A DNA stretch of 60,088 nucleotides, counting the filler, from an uncultured Thermoplasmatales archaeon (lineage in GTDB: Archaea; Thermoplasmatota; E2; DHVEG-1): NCBI GenBank assembly GCA_964517155.1. It is 4 parts of 4 records of this genome, joined end to end, with 100 filler letters (N's around TTAATTAATTAA, not from the genome) between each part and the next. Parts side by side here need not be neighbours in the genome. Positions count along the whole stretch, not along the records: positions 1 to 9,853 come from CAZFAZ010000082.1; 3 more parts are not named here. The stretch is one strand, 5' to 3'. The notes under the pieces are model-generated. The model was not told where the DNA came from. It saw only the letters and a list, made by a program, of their open reading frames with translations, and made no database searches. Below, one piece after another: positions 1 through 9,953 of this stretch. The stretch's first letter is position 1; each line of letters begins with the position of its first letter. The translations under genes were made by a program, and so were the position numbers.

Positions 1-71
1 TTTGTAAACGGTTGAAACGTTGGGTGTTTATTCAATTAGCTGGGAGATTGAAAGAGCAAAGAAGTGTTCTT

Positions 72-689
72 TCAACCTAAATCTGCAAAAGTCTTGGTAG
101 TAATTAATAAAACAAGAGAAAAAACGCCAAAAATATTTAACAGGTAGCATAAATCAAAACCATCATTATCATGAGATGTTAACCCGCCATGTATCGTATA
201 ATTCTGACCATCATAAATCGCTGTAATATTCCATTCAACATCATCACCATCTGAAAACGCAGATTGATTTTGTAAAACCAGATCTAAAACTGATTCTATT
301 TTTCTGCTACTTTGTGGTGGAATACTCAAAGTTAAAAAATTTTCTTTAAAACCAGGTTGATTACGAATTGTTTCATTAAAATACATTTCTTTAACATGGG
401 CACCTGAATCAAAATAATTTGCAACGCCTACCAGAACAACTTCTTTATCACATTTATTGAGAACAGTTAGACATCCTACACAAGTATTTTCTTCGAATTC
501 TAAACAATCTAAATTTGGTTCGATCTCATCAACAGTTAGATATCTAGAATAGCAACCTCCAATTACGGTCACATTGCATGAATAAAAAGAAGCCAAAGTA
601 AGAATAAGACTTAGAAATAGAAGAACAAGCAAAAAATAAGCAATTGTTTTATGGATTTTCTCATTAACCAAATTGTTCTCCTCAAACAA
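72..689 (-). CDS. hypothetical membrane-anchored protein (N- and C-terminal hydrophobic helices, Cys-rich extracellular part)
   Basis: 205-aa ORF, TTG start, hydrophobic segments at both ends; no recognisable family. Confidence 0.7.
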   Translation of the reverse strand: MFEENNLVNEKIHKTIAYFLLVLLFLSLILTLASFYSCNVTVIGGCYSRYLTVDEIEPNLDCLEFEENTCVGCLTVLNKCDKEVVLVGVANYFDSGAHVKEMYFNETIRNQPGFKENFLTLSIPPQSSRKIESVLDLVLQNQSAFSDGDDVEWNITAIYDGQNYTIHGGLTSHDNDGFDLCYLLNIFGVFSLVLLITTKTFADLG

Positions 690-732
690 ATCTAATAAAC
701 AAAAAATGATTATAAAACAATTATCATATTTT

Positions 733-1134
733 TTATTCCACTATTAAATCCTTTGAATATGGATCTGCATCTGAAAGTAAAAACTCATCGCTCATGGATA
801 TACATTTTGTTGGACATACATCGTTGCATTGACTGCAGAAACAACAACGTGCAAGATAAAATTTAACCTTTTTTTCAGCTTCTTTAAACTCTATTGCACC
901 ACATGGACATACCTTTATGCATAGTTTGCAGCCTATGCACTTATCTGTATCATATTTTATCTTTCCGCGAAACCCTTCAGGAGTGGGGACTGGTGGATTG
1001 ATTTTTGCTTTTCCCGCAGCAACATCTGCTAGATATTTTGTAGTATTATTTGGCTGATATTTTGCAGGAAACTTGTTAGTCCATGGTTTTTTAAACATTT
1101 GTTTAAACACTGGAAAAAGCATGCTAAAACCCAT
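733..1134 (-). CDS. group 4 [NiFe]-hydrogenase 2x[4Fe-4S] subunit (NuoI/EchF/MbhN-like)
   Basis: FRGKI-x-Y-x-x-DKCIGCKLCIKVCP and CCFCSQCNDVCP motifs; coupled to the large subunit gene. Confidence 0.9.
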   Translation of the reverse strand: MGFSMLFPVFKQMFKKPWTNKFPAKYQPNNTTKYLADVAAGKAKINPPVPTPEGFRGKIKYDTDKCIGCKLCIKVCPCGAIEFKEAEKKVKFYLARCCFCSQCNDVCPTKCISMSDEFLLSDADPYSKDLIVE

Positions 1135-2363
1135 TAACGCATCATCCTCCTAGTTTTTTCAACACTTAACTTATGAAGTTGTTCTTTATCAAGCAAATAT
1201 TTTTTGTTTTTATCAATCACAGTTACCCTGTTTGTACAACTCATACAAGGGTCAGTACTTGCTGCAACAATTGGAATATCCGCGATTTGCTCGCCTTTAA
1301 GCATTGGAATCCATGGCAAAACATTTGCATAAGTAGAAGCACGAACCTTCCAAGTAAAAGGATTTTCGTTTTCACCGTCAAATTTTACATAATGAATTAC
1401 TTCACCGCGTGGTGCCTCATCACGACCTACGCCTTCACCAGCGGTTTTTTTAATATAATTTAGAAGTTTTGGTATCTTTGGCTCAGATACAATATCACCA
1501 GATGGCATCTGATCAACTGCTTTTTCCATAAGCTCAAGTGATTGCTTAACCTCAAGAAGACGAACAATAATTCTGTCATATACATCACCGTTTACTTCAC
1601 CAGTAAGTATATCAGGAGTCATATACTGGACATCTAAATCACTATAAGCTGCATATGGTTGATCGGCTCGTACATCTTTTCTAACACCACTTGCACGAGT
1701 AGTAGGACCTACTGCACAAAGTTTAAGTGCATCATCATAAGTTAGAACACCACAGCCTTTACATCGCATTTTAAAGGTTTTATCATCTAAAAAGACATGC
1801 CTAAGTTTTTCAAAGTTTTCTTTGAAATAATTTAGTGTTTCTTTTATCTTAGGGATGTTCTCAGGTTTTATATCACGGCGAACGCCACCAATGGTTAAAA
1901 TCGCTTTTGTAACACGATTACCAGTCAAATACTCAGTTAAATCAAGTGCCCTCTCACGCATCTCCCAAGTTAAAAACAAAACTGTATCAAAACCTATTTC
2001 ATGAGCAGCAACTCCTGCCCATAAAAGATGCGAGCAAATACGCTCAAGCTCCCCATGAAAAACACGAAGGTAATCAGCACGCTCAGGAACCTGTATATCA
2101 CAAGCGTTTTCAACAGCACGACAAAAAGCCATAGGATGCACAAAAGAACAAATTCCACAGATACGCTCCGCAAGATAAATTATCTGAATAGGATTTCTGC
2201 GCATACCAGTCCACTCGATTGCACGATGAACATGACCTAGTTCTACATCAACATCAACTATTTTTTCGCCGTCGATTTCAAATTTAAACATCACCGGTTC
2301 TTTAAGTGCGGGATGAATAGGACCTATGGGCAACTGATAAGTAGTTTTTGTAGTTTGACTCAT
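1134..2363 (-). CDS. group 4 [NiFe]-hydrogenase large subunit (EchE/HycE/MbhL-like)
   Basis: GPIHPALKEP N-terminus, L1 motif RICGIC, EAPRGE, L2 motif DPCMSCTNR followed by a C-terminal extension. Confidence 0.93.
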   Translation of the reverse strand: MSQTTKTTYQLPIGPIHPALKEPVMFKFEIDGEKIVDVDVELGHVHRAIEWTGMRRNPIQIIYLAERICGICSFVHPMAFCRAVENACDIQVPERADYLRVFHGELERICSHLLWAGVAAHEIGFDTVLFLTWEMRERALDLTEYLTGNRVTKAILTIGGVRRDIKPENIPKIKETLNYFKENFEKLRHVFLDDKTFKMRCKGCGVLTYDDALKLCAVGPTTRASGVRKDVRADQPYAAYSDLDVQYMTPDILTGEVNGDVYDRIIVRLLEVKQSLELMEKAVDQMPSGDIVSEPKIPKLLNYIKKTAGEGVGRDEAPRGEVIHYVKFDGENENPFTWKVRASTYANVLPWIPMLKGEQIADIPIVAASTDPCMSCTNRVTVIDKNKKYLLDKEQLHKLSVEKTRRMMR

Positions 2364-2953
2364 TTTTTCTTTGCCCCCTCATGAAGATTTTTATAAAGTT
2401 TTTCAATTCCTTTGCTTGTTTGCTCATCTTTCCTCCAGGGATACAAACCCTCAGGAAAATCATCAGGTAAAAATAATCTTCTACTATCGGGAATGCCTAT
2501 TACTTTGATACCAAGCATTTCTTGTTTTTCACGCTCAGTGATTAGTGCACCAGGAATCCAATCACAAATAGTTTCAATTTCAGGTTTACTTTTTGAAACA
2601 ACAACACTAACATTTAAAGAAATTTCTTGAAGATTTTTTCCGTAATATATAGAAAAATTATAAACAAGCTCTATATCGTTACCCAAGTCATTACCGCAAC
2701 ATACCGCGAGATGAGGATAAGTAAGACCACAGAGATGTTTAATAAAATCTTTGAATATGCTTTTGTCAATTTTCATCCAGATATTTACAAATTCTTTCTT
2801 TTTTAAACCAGTTGTACGTTTTTTGATTACAGAAGATTTAATTTTTGTTTTAAACTCATCTTTGAAATATTTTACAACTTCCTCAGGACTGAGCTGCTTA
2901 TTTGTTGATTCTTTTTTTTCAATTGGTTTTTTCTTTGTCTTTTTCTCAGCCAT
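2360..2953 (-). CDS. hydrogenase NuoC-like subunit (EchD/MbhK-like)
   Basis: PGALITEREKQEMLGI...G.PD.RRLFLPDDFPEGLYPWRKD is the NuoC-family signature; operon context. Confidence 0.88.
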   Translation of the reverse strand: MAEKKTKKKPIEKKESTNKQLSPEEVVKYFKDEFKTKIKSSVIKKRTTGLKKKEFVNIWMKIDKSIFKDFIKHLCGLTYPHLAVCCGNDLGNDIELVYNFSIYYGKNLQEISLNVSVVVSKSKPEIETICDWIPGALITEREKQEMLGIKVIGIPDSRRLFLPDDFPEGLYPWRKDEQTSKGIEKLYKNLHEGAKKK

Positions 2954-2955
2954 TT

Positions 2956-3390
2956 TTATTTACCCTCCAAGGTTTCAAGTTTCACCCATGCTTTTGCAAC
3001 AGCATGAATAATGTTTTCAGGACGTGGCGGACAACCTATAACATGAATATCAACTGGAAGTACTTCCTGCAAAGGACCGACTAAATTATATGATTCATAA
3101 AAAACATCACCTGTGCTTCCACAGTTTCCAATTGCAATTACTACTTTTGGATCAGGCATCTGTTCATAGATGCGTTTTACTCTTTCAGCTTGCTGACGAG
3201 TAACTGGACCAGTAACAAGTAATACATCTGCGTGACGAGGAGTTCCTACAAGTTTTATTCCGAAACGCTCAACATCATAACGCGGGCAAAGCGCCGCGAT
3301 AATTTCTATATCACAGCCATTACATGAACCACTGTTGCAATGATAAACCCAGAGTGATTTTTTAAATGATTTTGGGAGCCCTTTAGCCAT
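2956..3390 (-). CDS. hydrogenase small subunit (NuoB/EchC/MbhJ-like)
   Basis: SCNGCDIE, PRHADVLLVTGPVT, GNC and GCPPRP motifs. Confidence 0.92.
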   Translation of the reverse strand: MAKGLPKSFKKSLWVYHCNSGSCNGCDIEIIAALCPRYDVERFGIKLVGTPRHADVLLVTGPVTRQQAERVKRIYEQMPDPKVVIAIGNCGSTGDVFYESYNLVGPLQEVLPVDIHVIGCPPRPENIIHAVAKAWVKLETLEGK

Positions 3391-3483
3391 AAAACAAATA
3401 CCTCCAAAACTATGAAATACGCATTGGTTTCGTTCTTGGTAATCCTATATACTATTTAAAAATTTACTATATTAAAAAGTATA

Positions 3484-4539
3484 TTAACAAATTCTCGGAA
3501 CCGGGTCACCAATTGGCTTGTGAAGGTTTCTTTTTCCGCCAACAGAAGTTTCTAGAACAACTCCTTTGATTTTATTGGTTGCCTCACCGATGATGGCTGC
3601 ATTTTTTCCAAGAGGATGCTTCTTGAGTTCAGCAAGTACTTCATCTGCTTTTTCTTTTACGACACCAAGGACTACTTTTCCTTCATTTCCAATTTCTAAA
3701 GGATCGATTCCAAGCATATCACAAGCACTACTAACGCCTGTTGGAATTGGTATATCTTCTTCATAAAGAATAAGTCCAGTTTTAGATTTTTCAGCAAACT
3801 CATTTACAGTATTTGCAAGGCCACCACGAGTTGGATCTTTTGCCGTTACTATTCCACCTATTTTTAGTGCTTTTTCCATGAGATTGTTTATTGATGCAAC
3901 ATCGGATTTAATACTTGTTTCAAAACCATATCCCTCGCGATAAGACATAAGTGCTATTCCATGCTCGCCTATGTTTCCGGAGATAATTATTTTGTCACCA
4001 GGCTCTATGTTTGAGTCGACGAGCCAGTTTGATTTATATTTTCTATATTTTTTTACAACTTTGAAATTGTCATCCAAAAGTTTTGTTCTTTTCCCGATAC
4101 CACTTGTGTTTATCATAAATTCTTGAATAGCACCTTTTTCAACGACTTTTGTATCACCCGTGACTATCGGCACCCCTGCTTTTTTTGAAGTTGCCGCAAT
4201 GCTTTTGACAATTGTTTCAAACGATTTTAAATCAAGTCCTTCCTCAATAATAAATCCAAGTGAGAGTGCTATCGGCTTTGCACCCATAACAGAGATATCG
4301 TTTACAGTTCCTGCAACAGCCAGACTACCAAGATCTCCTCCTGGGAAAATAATCGGCGTTACAGTGTGAGAGTCGGTACTAAAGACAATGTCATCGATTA
4401 CTGCAGAGTCATCAAGCATAGAGAGGCTTACCTCGCCTTTTTTTGCCTCTGATCCGAAATATTTTAGTATATAATCTTTGACGAGTTTATCCATTTGTTC
4501 TCCGCCGGCACCCTGTGCCAGCTTTATTTTATCTGTCAT
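3484..4539 (-). CDS. hypE: hydrogenase maturation protein HypE
   Basis: GAGGE N-terminus, FPGGDLGSLAVAGTVND, DPTRGG, C-terminal PRIC. Confidence 0.95.
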   Translation of the reverse strand: MTDKIKLAQGAGGEQMDKLVKDYILKYFGSEAKKGEVSLSMLDDSAVIDDIVFSTDSHTVTPIIFPGGDLGSLAVAGTVNDISVMGAKPIALSLGFIIEEGLDLKSFETIVKSIAATSKKAGVPIVTGDTKVVEKGAIQEFMINTSGIGKRTKLLDDNFKVVKKYRKYKSNWLVDSNIEPGDKIIISGNIGEHGIALMSYREGYGFETSIKSDVASINNLMEKALKIGGIVTAKDPTRGGLANTVNEFAEKSKTGLILYEEDIPIPTGVSSACDMLGIDPLEIGNEGKVVLGVVKEKADEVLAELKKHPLGKNAAIIGEATNKIKGVVLETSVGGKRNLHKPIGDPVPRIC

Positions 4540-4597
4540 ATTTACGTTATTCTGCGATACATAAGTTTTATTTATAATCTCTGGTTCCCTGCATTTA

Positions 4598-4894
4598 ATG
4601 GTTACAGAAATACTTTCCTCGATTTTTGGTCGTGAACCAAATATTCATGATATTATAATTGCAGTCGTAAGTTTTGCGTTTGCTTTTATTTTATTGCCAC
4701 AGCTAAGAGATGTTTGGAAGGGAAAAATTAGCCTGAATTTATATACTTCAAGTCTTACAACCGTGGGACTTATTGTTCTTACAGCAAATTTTTTTGTAAT
4801 GGGGTTCTGGGTAAGTTTTGCAGCAGATTTTTTCAATTCAATAGTCTGGGGTCTATTATTTGTTCTGTCTTATAAAAACATTAGGAAAAAATAG
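4598..4894 (+). CDS. small 3-TM PQ-loop/SemiSWEET-like membrane protein
   Basis: 98 aa, three hydrophobic helices, LLPQ motif after TM1. Confidence 0.6.
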   Translation: MVTEILSSIFGREPNIHDIIIAVVSFAFAFILLPQLRDVWKGKISLNLYTSSLTTVGLIVLTANFFVMGFWVSFAADFFNSIVWGLLFVLSYKNIRKK

Positions 4895-4902
4895 CTCTTA
4901 GT

Positions 4903-5763
4903 TTATTTCATAAAACGATTGAGTAATACATTATTAACCTGAGGATTACCTTTATCTTTGATTAAATCAAGCTTTGTAATCAAAGCATAATCAAGTGCCT
5001 TTTTACATTCACAGTCGCGTTTGTATTTTATCAAGGGAATAAGTCTTTTAATTATTTCAGCTGTATTTTCCTCGTTTTTCTTTAAGTTTTCAACTACATT
5101 TGCAACACTTACATCTTTTTCTCCAGCATACCAACAATCATAATCTGTAACATTTAGTATTCCACATAAACACATTTCTGCCTCACGAGCAAGTTTTGCT
5201 TCAGGTGCAAGTGTCATACCAACTACATCTACATTCCAACTGCGGTAAAGGTTTGACTCGGCACGCGTGCTAAACTGCGGGCCTTCCATACATATATAGG
5301 TTCCACGATGAACAGCTACTTTTTGTTTTTTGACAGCATCATATGCAAGATCAGAAAGATTTTTGCAAAATGGATCTGCAAAACCAACATGAACAGTAAG
5401 TCCATCTTCAAAAAAAGTTGTAGCACGTTTAAAGCTTCTATCTATAAGTTGCTCTGCTATAACAAAATCACATGGTTTAATTTCTTTTTTAAGACTTCCA
5501 ACCGCAGCAATTGATACTAGATACTCTACACCACATTGTTTCATTGCAAAAATATTTGCACGATAATTTACCTTGTGTGGCGGGTAAATGTGGCCCGTAC
5601 CATGGCGAGGTAAAAAAGCAACATCTACACCTTGTACTTTACCAATAGTTATTTTATCAGAAGGCTTTCCAAAAGGAGTGTTTACCTCTATTTCTTCAGC
5701 ATCTTTTATTATACCCATATTGTAAAGTCCACTGCCACCAATGATACCTATTTTAACTGTCAT
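4903..5763 (-). CDS. mtnP: S-methyl-5'-thioadenosine phosphorylase
   Basis: IGIIGGSG, PRHG..H.YPPH.VNYRANI, EGPQFSTRAES, VGMT, VTDYDCW. Confidence 0.92.
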   Translation of the reverse strand: MTVKIGIIGGSGLYNMGIIKDAEEIEVNTPFGKPSDKITIGKVQGVDVAFLPRHGTGHIYPPHKVNYRANIFAMKQCGVEYLVSIAAVGSLKKEIKPCDFVIAEQLIDRSFKRATTFFEDGLTVHVGFADPFCKNLSDLAYDAVKKQKVAVHRGTYICMEGPQFSTRAESNLYRSWNVDVVGMTLAPEAKLAREAEMCLCGILNVTDYDCWYAGEKDVSVANVVENLKKNEENTAEIIKRLIPLIKYKRDCECKKALDYALITKLDLIKDKGNPQVNNVLLNRFMK

Positions 5764-5838
5764 AGAGTTGACTGAATAGAAATAACTAAAAAAGCTTTTT
5801 GCTTACAAGTTTTGTAAATACAAAAGGGGAAAAAATTT

Positions 5839-6366
5839 ATGACTGAATCAATTAAAGCCAAGATTAGAACAGTACCAAACTGGCCTAAAGAAGGCATAAT
5901 GTTTCGTGATATTACAACACTTATAAAGGATCCTAAAGGACTAAAAGAAACAATAGACTTGTTATACAATCGATACAAAGACAAAAAAATCGATAAAGTA
6001 GTTGGAATTGAAAGCCGCGGGTTTATCTTTGGTGCACCACTAGCCTATCTTTTAGGTTGTGGGTTTGTACCAGTTAGAAAACCAGGTAAACTTCCTGCAG
6101 AATGTGTAAGTGAAGAATACACTTTAGAATATGGAACAGATAAAATTGAGATACACAAAGATGCTATAGAAAAAGGCGATAGGATCTTGATTGTAGATGA
6201 TCTAATTGCAACAGCAGGAACCGCTAATGCTGCAAGAAATCTTGTCAAAAAATTAGGCGGAACGCTTGTTGAATGCACATTTATCGTTGAGCTAGTGGAC
6301 CTTAAAGGTAGAGACAAACTTGTTGGAGAAAATATATATTCTGTTGTAGAGTTTGAAGGAGAATAA
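5839..6366 (+). CDS. apt: adenine phosphoribosyltransferase
   Basis: [33 protein letters not shown] motif [11 protein letters not shown]. Confidence 0.95.
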   Translation: MTESIKAKIRTVPNWPKEGIMFRDITTLIKDPKGLKETIDLLYNRYKDKKIDKVVGIESRGFIFGAPLAYLLGCGFVPVRKPGKLPAECVSEEYTLEYGTDKIEIHKDAIEKGDRILIVDDLIATAGTANAARNLVKKLGGTLVECTFIVELVDLKGRDKLVGENIYSVVEFEGE

Positions 6367-6373
6367 AAAATTA

Positions 6374-6811
6374 ATGGATTTAATAATGTGCATCGGCAAC
6401 CCTGAGGGTGGAGACGATGCAGTAGGCCCATATGTTGCCCAGAAACTAAAAGGATCAGGAATAGATTTTATTGATTGTGGGACTAATCCTGAGAATTATA
6501 CCAGTGTTGTAAAAAGAAAAAACCCTGAAAAACTAATCATCATAGATGCCTCAGACATGGGACTTGAACCAGGACAGATAAGAATAGTTCCAAAGGAAAA
6601 GATAGGTCTGATGCACATTAGTACACATGGAATTCCAATATCAGTTTTAATGAATTATTTAGAACAATACGTAAAAAAAGTAATCTTGATTGGAATACAA
6701 CCCAAGAATATGTCTGGTAATATGTCAAAAATTGTATGCAGAAGTGGAGAAAAAGTTGTTGAACTATTAAAAAATTATGAGATTTGTAAAAAAATAAAAA
6801 AAATGGAATAG
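6374..6811 (+). CDS. hycI: hydrogenase maturation endopeptidase (HycI-like)
   Basis: CIGN...GDDAVG, CGTNPEN, IIIDA, STHGIP, LIGIQP; start moved to ATG 6374, after the apt stop. Confidence 0.85.
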   Translation: MDLIMCIGNPEGGDDAVGPYVAQKLKGSGIDFIDCGTNPENYTSVVKRKNPEKLIIIDASDMGLEPGQIRIVPKEKIGLMHISTHGIPISVLMNYLEQYVKKVILIGIQPKNMSGNMSKIVCRSGEKVVELLKNYEICKKIKKME

Positions 6812-6816
6812 AGGAT

Positions 6817-7419
6817 ATGGATACTGAAAGCACGATATTTAAGATTGATCTAGATGTTATCAGACCTTTGAATAGATTCAAAATATACAAAGAAGGCGTC
6901 AATATTGGTGAACATTTATTAAACTCTTTCAGAAGTGACCTTTCTTTTAATGATAATAATTATTATAAACAAATAATGGGAAAAACTATTAAAAATTATA
7001 GTTATAATATGATGCAAATTTTAGATAAAAATTCCAATACAATTGGATACTATGGATGGAATGATAATGCATTTAAAAATGAGACTGAACAAATTCCAAT
7101 TCTGGGGGAAATTGCAAAATCAATAAACACGATTCCTAAAATTGCTGATTTTTATGTTTTTGATTCAGAAAAAGCTATTCAATCGATTGTTAAAAAGCCA
7201 AAAGAAGCAGTAATAACAATAAACGGTTACATTACTAAAGAATATAATTTTAAAATCTTTAATAGAGAAGAAAAACAAATTGGATCACTATTTTTTTCGG
7301 AACATCCTAAATTAATTCTACATGATTTTAGTCCAAAATCGCAAGAATGGATACAATATTTTTTTATTATTGCACATATGCTTCTTTTTACAACTATGAG
7401 GCGACATGGCAATATTTGA
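6817..7419 (+). CDS. hypothetical protein (possibly scramblase/tubby-like beta-barrel with a C-terminal helix)
   Basis: 200-aa ORF with SD (GAGGA); fold guess is weak. Confidence 0.55.
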   Translation: MDTESTIFKIDLDVIRPLNRFKIYKEGVNIGEHLLNSFRSDLSFNDNNYYKQIMGKTIKNYSYNMMQILDKNSNTIGYYGWNDNAFKNETEQIPILGEIAKSINTIPKIADFYVFDSEKAIQSIVKKPKEAVITINGYITKEYNFKIFNREEKQIGSLFFSEHPKLILHDFSPKSQEWIQYFFIIAHMLLFTTMRRHGNI

Positions 7420-7437
7420 TAAAAATTTCAAACAGCT

Positions 7438-7815
7438 TTAAATTAAAAAATCTGACTCTTGATTTTTAACGTAGCTAACGCCTGCTTTAGTAAGCTCTAT
7501 TTCATCGTTTGTCACAAACTCTAAAAAACCCATATCAACAAGTTCTTTTACAAAAGAGCTTAGTTCATCATCAGAAATATTCATAGTTGTTTTTACAAAA
7601 TCAACATCAACATCATCTGAATACATCAAATTTAGCAGTTTATCTAATTTTTCATCATGTTCATCTTGTGCGATAAGCGCTTGCGTTCTCTGCAAAATTT
7701 GTTCTAAATTTGCTATTTTTTCTTCAAAATCCATCTGTTTAACCTCATCTTTAACTATCTTATCTTTTGCAAGTTTAACAAGCGACCTGTTATGATTAAT
7801 ACGGATTTTTTTCAC
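7438..7815 (-). CDS. hypothetical protein, coiled coil plus C-terminal winged-HTH-like domain
   Basis: C-terminal pattern ELSSFVKELVDMGFLE...IELTKAG; SD GGGGAG upstream. Confidence 0.65.
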   Translation of the reverse strand: MKKIRINHNRSLVKLAKDKIVKDEVKQMDFEEKIANLEQILQRTQALIAQDEHDEKLDKLLNLMYSDDVDVDFVKTTMNISDDELSSFVKELVDMGFLEFVTNDEIELTKAGVSYVKNQESDFLI

Positions 7816-7944
7816 TATAAAATTATCTCCCCTATATGCAATTCCAAAAACAATTATCTGATTAAAAAGATTTGTCTTTTGAATACAAGTTGTTTTTTTA
7901 AAAAAACAATTGTTATATTTTTTGATACACTTATCTTGAAAAAA

Positions 7945-8865
7945 TCAATAAGGATATTTTTTACCAACGCTCTCGGTTGATGCAAGAGCTGCAATCGCAC
8001 CCTCTGCACATGCTGTAATTACTTGCCTAAGACCTCCTGTTATGTCTCCAGCAGCATAAACGCCTTTAACATTTGTTCGACCTTGCCTGTCGACTATAAT
8101 AAATCCTTTATCATCAAGTTTAACACCAAGCTTTTCAGCAAGCTTGTTCTGAGGAATCTCACCAATTGATACAAAAACACCATCAACTTCAAGTTTAGAT
8201 GCTTCATCTGTTTTTGTATCCTTTAAACTAAGATTCCCTACTTTTTCTTTACCATTTATACTCTCAACTATTTTGTTAAAAAGAAAAACAACGCCTTTAC
8301 CCTTTGCTTCATTTTCATAGGCTTTCTCTGCACGAAGCATATCGCGACGATGAATAAGATAAACCTGACTGCAGCCGATCTGCTTCAGATAAATCGCCTC
8401 AATAAGTGCAGAATTACCTCCACCGACAACTGCTACATTTTTACCTTTAAAAAAGAAACCATCACATGTGGCACAATAACTAACACCTTTACCAGAAAAC
8501 TCTTTTTCTCCAGAGACTGCTAGTTTTCTATATTCAGTGCCTGTACAAAGTAAAACTGCTTTAACATAATATTTATTTTTACTTGTTTTAACTGTGAAAA
8601 TATTATCTTTTAATAGTATATCTTCTACTTGCTCACCAAATTTAAGCTCTGCATATTTACTAGCATGAGCCTTCATTTTCTCAACAAGTTCAAAGCCAGA
8701 GATAGACTCAAAACCAGTATAGTTTTCAATATTAGGTGAAATTGCAGCAAGCCCGCCGCCCATTCCTTTATCAAATACAACTGTTTTAACACCAGCACGC
8801 TCTGCATAAATTGCAGCAGCATATCCTGCAGGTCCTGCACCAATTATACCAAGTTCATAATTCAT
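7945..8865 (-). CDS. trxB: thioredoxin-disulfide reductase
   Basis: GAGPAG, SYCATCDG, VGGGNSA, AAGD; likely start ATG 8865. Confidence 0.93.
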   Translation of the reverse strand: MNYELGIIGAGPAGYAAAIYAERAGVKTVVFDKGMGGGLAAISPNIENYTGFESISGFELVEKMKAHASKYAELKFGEQVEDILLKDNIFTVKTSKNKYYVKAVLLCTGTEYRKLAVSGEKEFSGKGVSYCATCDGFFFKGKNVAVVGGGNSALIEAIYLKQIGCSQVYLIHRRDMLRAEKAYENEAKGKGVVFLFNKIVESINGKEKVGNLSLKDTKTDEASKLEVDGVFVSIGEIPQNKLAEKLGVKLDDKGFIIVDRQGRTNVKGVYAAGDITGGLRQVITACAEGAIAALASTESVGKKYPY

Positions 8866-8907
8866 AATAACTAACCCCAAAAACATCTTTTATATATTTA
8901 GTATTTA

Positions 8908-9342
8908 TCAAAGCAATTTTTGCTTTAAAATAGTATATGCCTCCCAGGGAGAATTTACGTTTTCAAGCATTTTTTCAAAAGGACACATATCATCGCCAGA
9001 ACGGTTATTAATAAAAGGAATCATACTTTCTATTTGACTGGGAATACCACCCAGTATAAGCATTGCAATAGCAGCCTTTGTACCATATGACGAATAAACA
9101 GCTTTTGCCTGAGAGTAACGACAGAGAAGCGCTGATGCTTTCCCCAAAATCCTATCACCAAGTATACTGCCATGAATATTATCACCAAGTTCTTCAATTA
9201 CCTCAAGAAAAGGTTTTATGCCACTGCCTTTCTTCTTACAAAGAATCTTATTATTTTTAATAACAACAACCACATAATCAGAAGTTTGAATAATATCGCG
9301 TGCCCTCTCAAAACCAGAAAGTACTTCTTCACTAACCATCAA
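8908..9342 (-). CDS. DUF1893 (TM1506-like) protein
   Basis: GIKP..., DRILGKASALL and INNRSGDDMCPFE motifs. Confidence 0.8.
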   Translation of the reverse strand: MMVSEEVLSGFERARDIIQTSDYVVVVIKNNKILCKKKGSGIKPFLEVIEELGDNIHGSILGDRILGKASALLCRYSQAKAVYSSYGTKAAIAMLILGGIPSQIESMIPFINNRSGDDMCPFEKMLENVNSPWEAYTILKQKLL

Positions 9343-9345
9343 AAT

Positions 9346-9853
9346 CTAAACGCCCCTAATGCTGCAATACTTAAAAAAAGGTTTGACTTCTTTAAGAGCT
9401 GCCAAAAGTTCCTCTTTTGAATATGATTTAACATCATTAAGATCAGAGGATAATGTAGAAGTATTATTCTTGAACTGCTGAAGAAAATACTGTTTGGATC
9501 CTTGTAGCCACTGAGCGATCTGTACAATATCCTCTTTTGTATGAAACGTTGGAACAACCGTTGTTTTGAACTCATACGTTGGTGCCTGTTCTTGTATAAT
9601 ATGAATAGAACGATCTATTGCATCCACATCCACCGGGACACCGGCCACCACATCATAGTTCTCTTTAGTAGCCTTCACATCCATGGAAACATAATCAATG
9701 AGGTTTTCATCAAGAAGTTGTTTCAAATGATCAGGAAAGGCCCCATTGGTATCGACCTTGACAAGGTATCCCTTCTCTTTGATGGACCGCATGAAATCAC
9801 CGATGTCCTTATGCAGGAGTGGTTCACCCCCGGTAATGGACACCGCATCAAGC
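9346..9853 (-). CDS. nrdG: anaerobic ribonucleoside-triphosphate reductase activating radical-SAM protein (5' end lost in gap)
   Basis: ITGGEP, VKVDTNG, DYVSMDVKA, YEFKTTVVP, YFLQQF; runs into the N gap. Confidence 0.82.
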
Positions 9854-9953
9854 NNNNNNNNNNNNNNNNNNNNNNNNNNNNNNNNNNNNNNNNNNNNTTA
9901 ATTAATTAANNNNNNNNNNNNNNNNNNNNNNNNNNNNNNNNNNNNNNNNNNNN
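9854..9953. other. assembly gap with artificial all-frame-stop linker
   Basis: N run - TTAATTAATTAA - N run. Confidence 0.98.

Noticed and set aside
1173..3084. Several + strand ORFs opposite the hydrogenase genes, and similar shadow ORFs throughout the window
   Set aside because: Antisense to well-supported genes, with no motifs or SD
9898..9909. TTAATTAATTAA palindrome repeated three times in the window
   Set aside because: Always embedded in N runs; an artificial all-frame-stop contig linker, not biology
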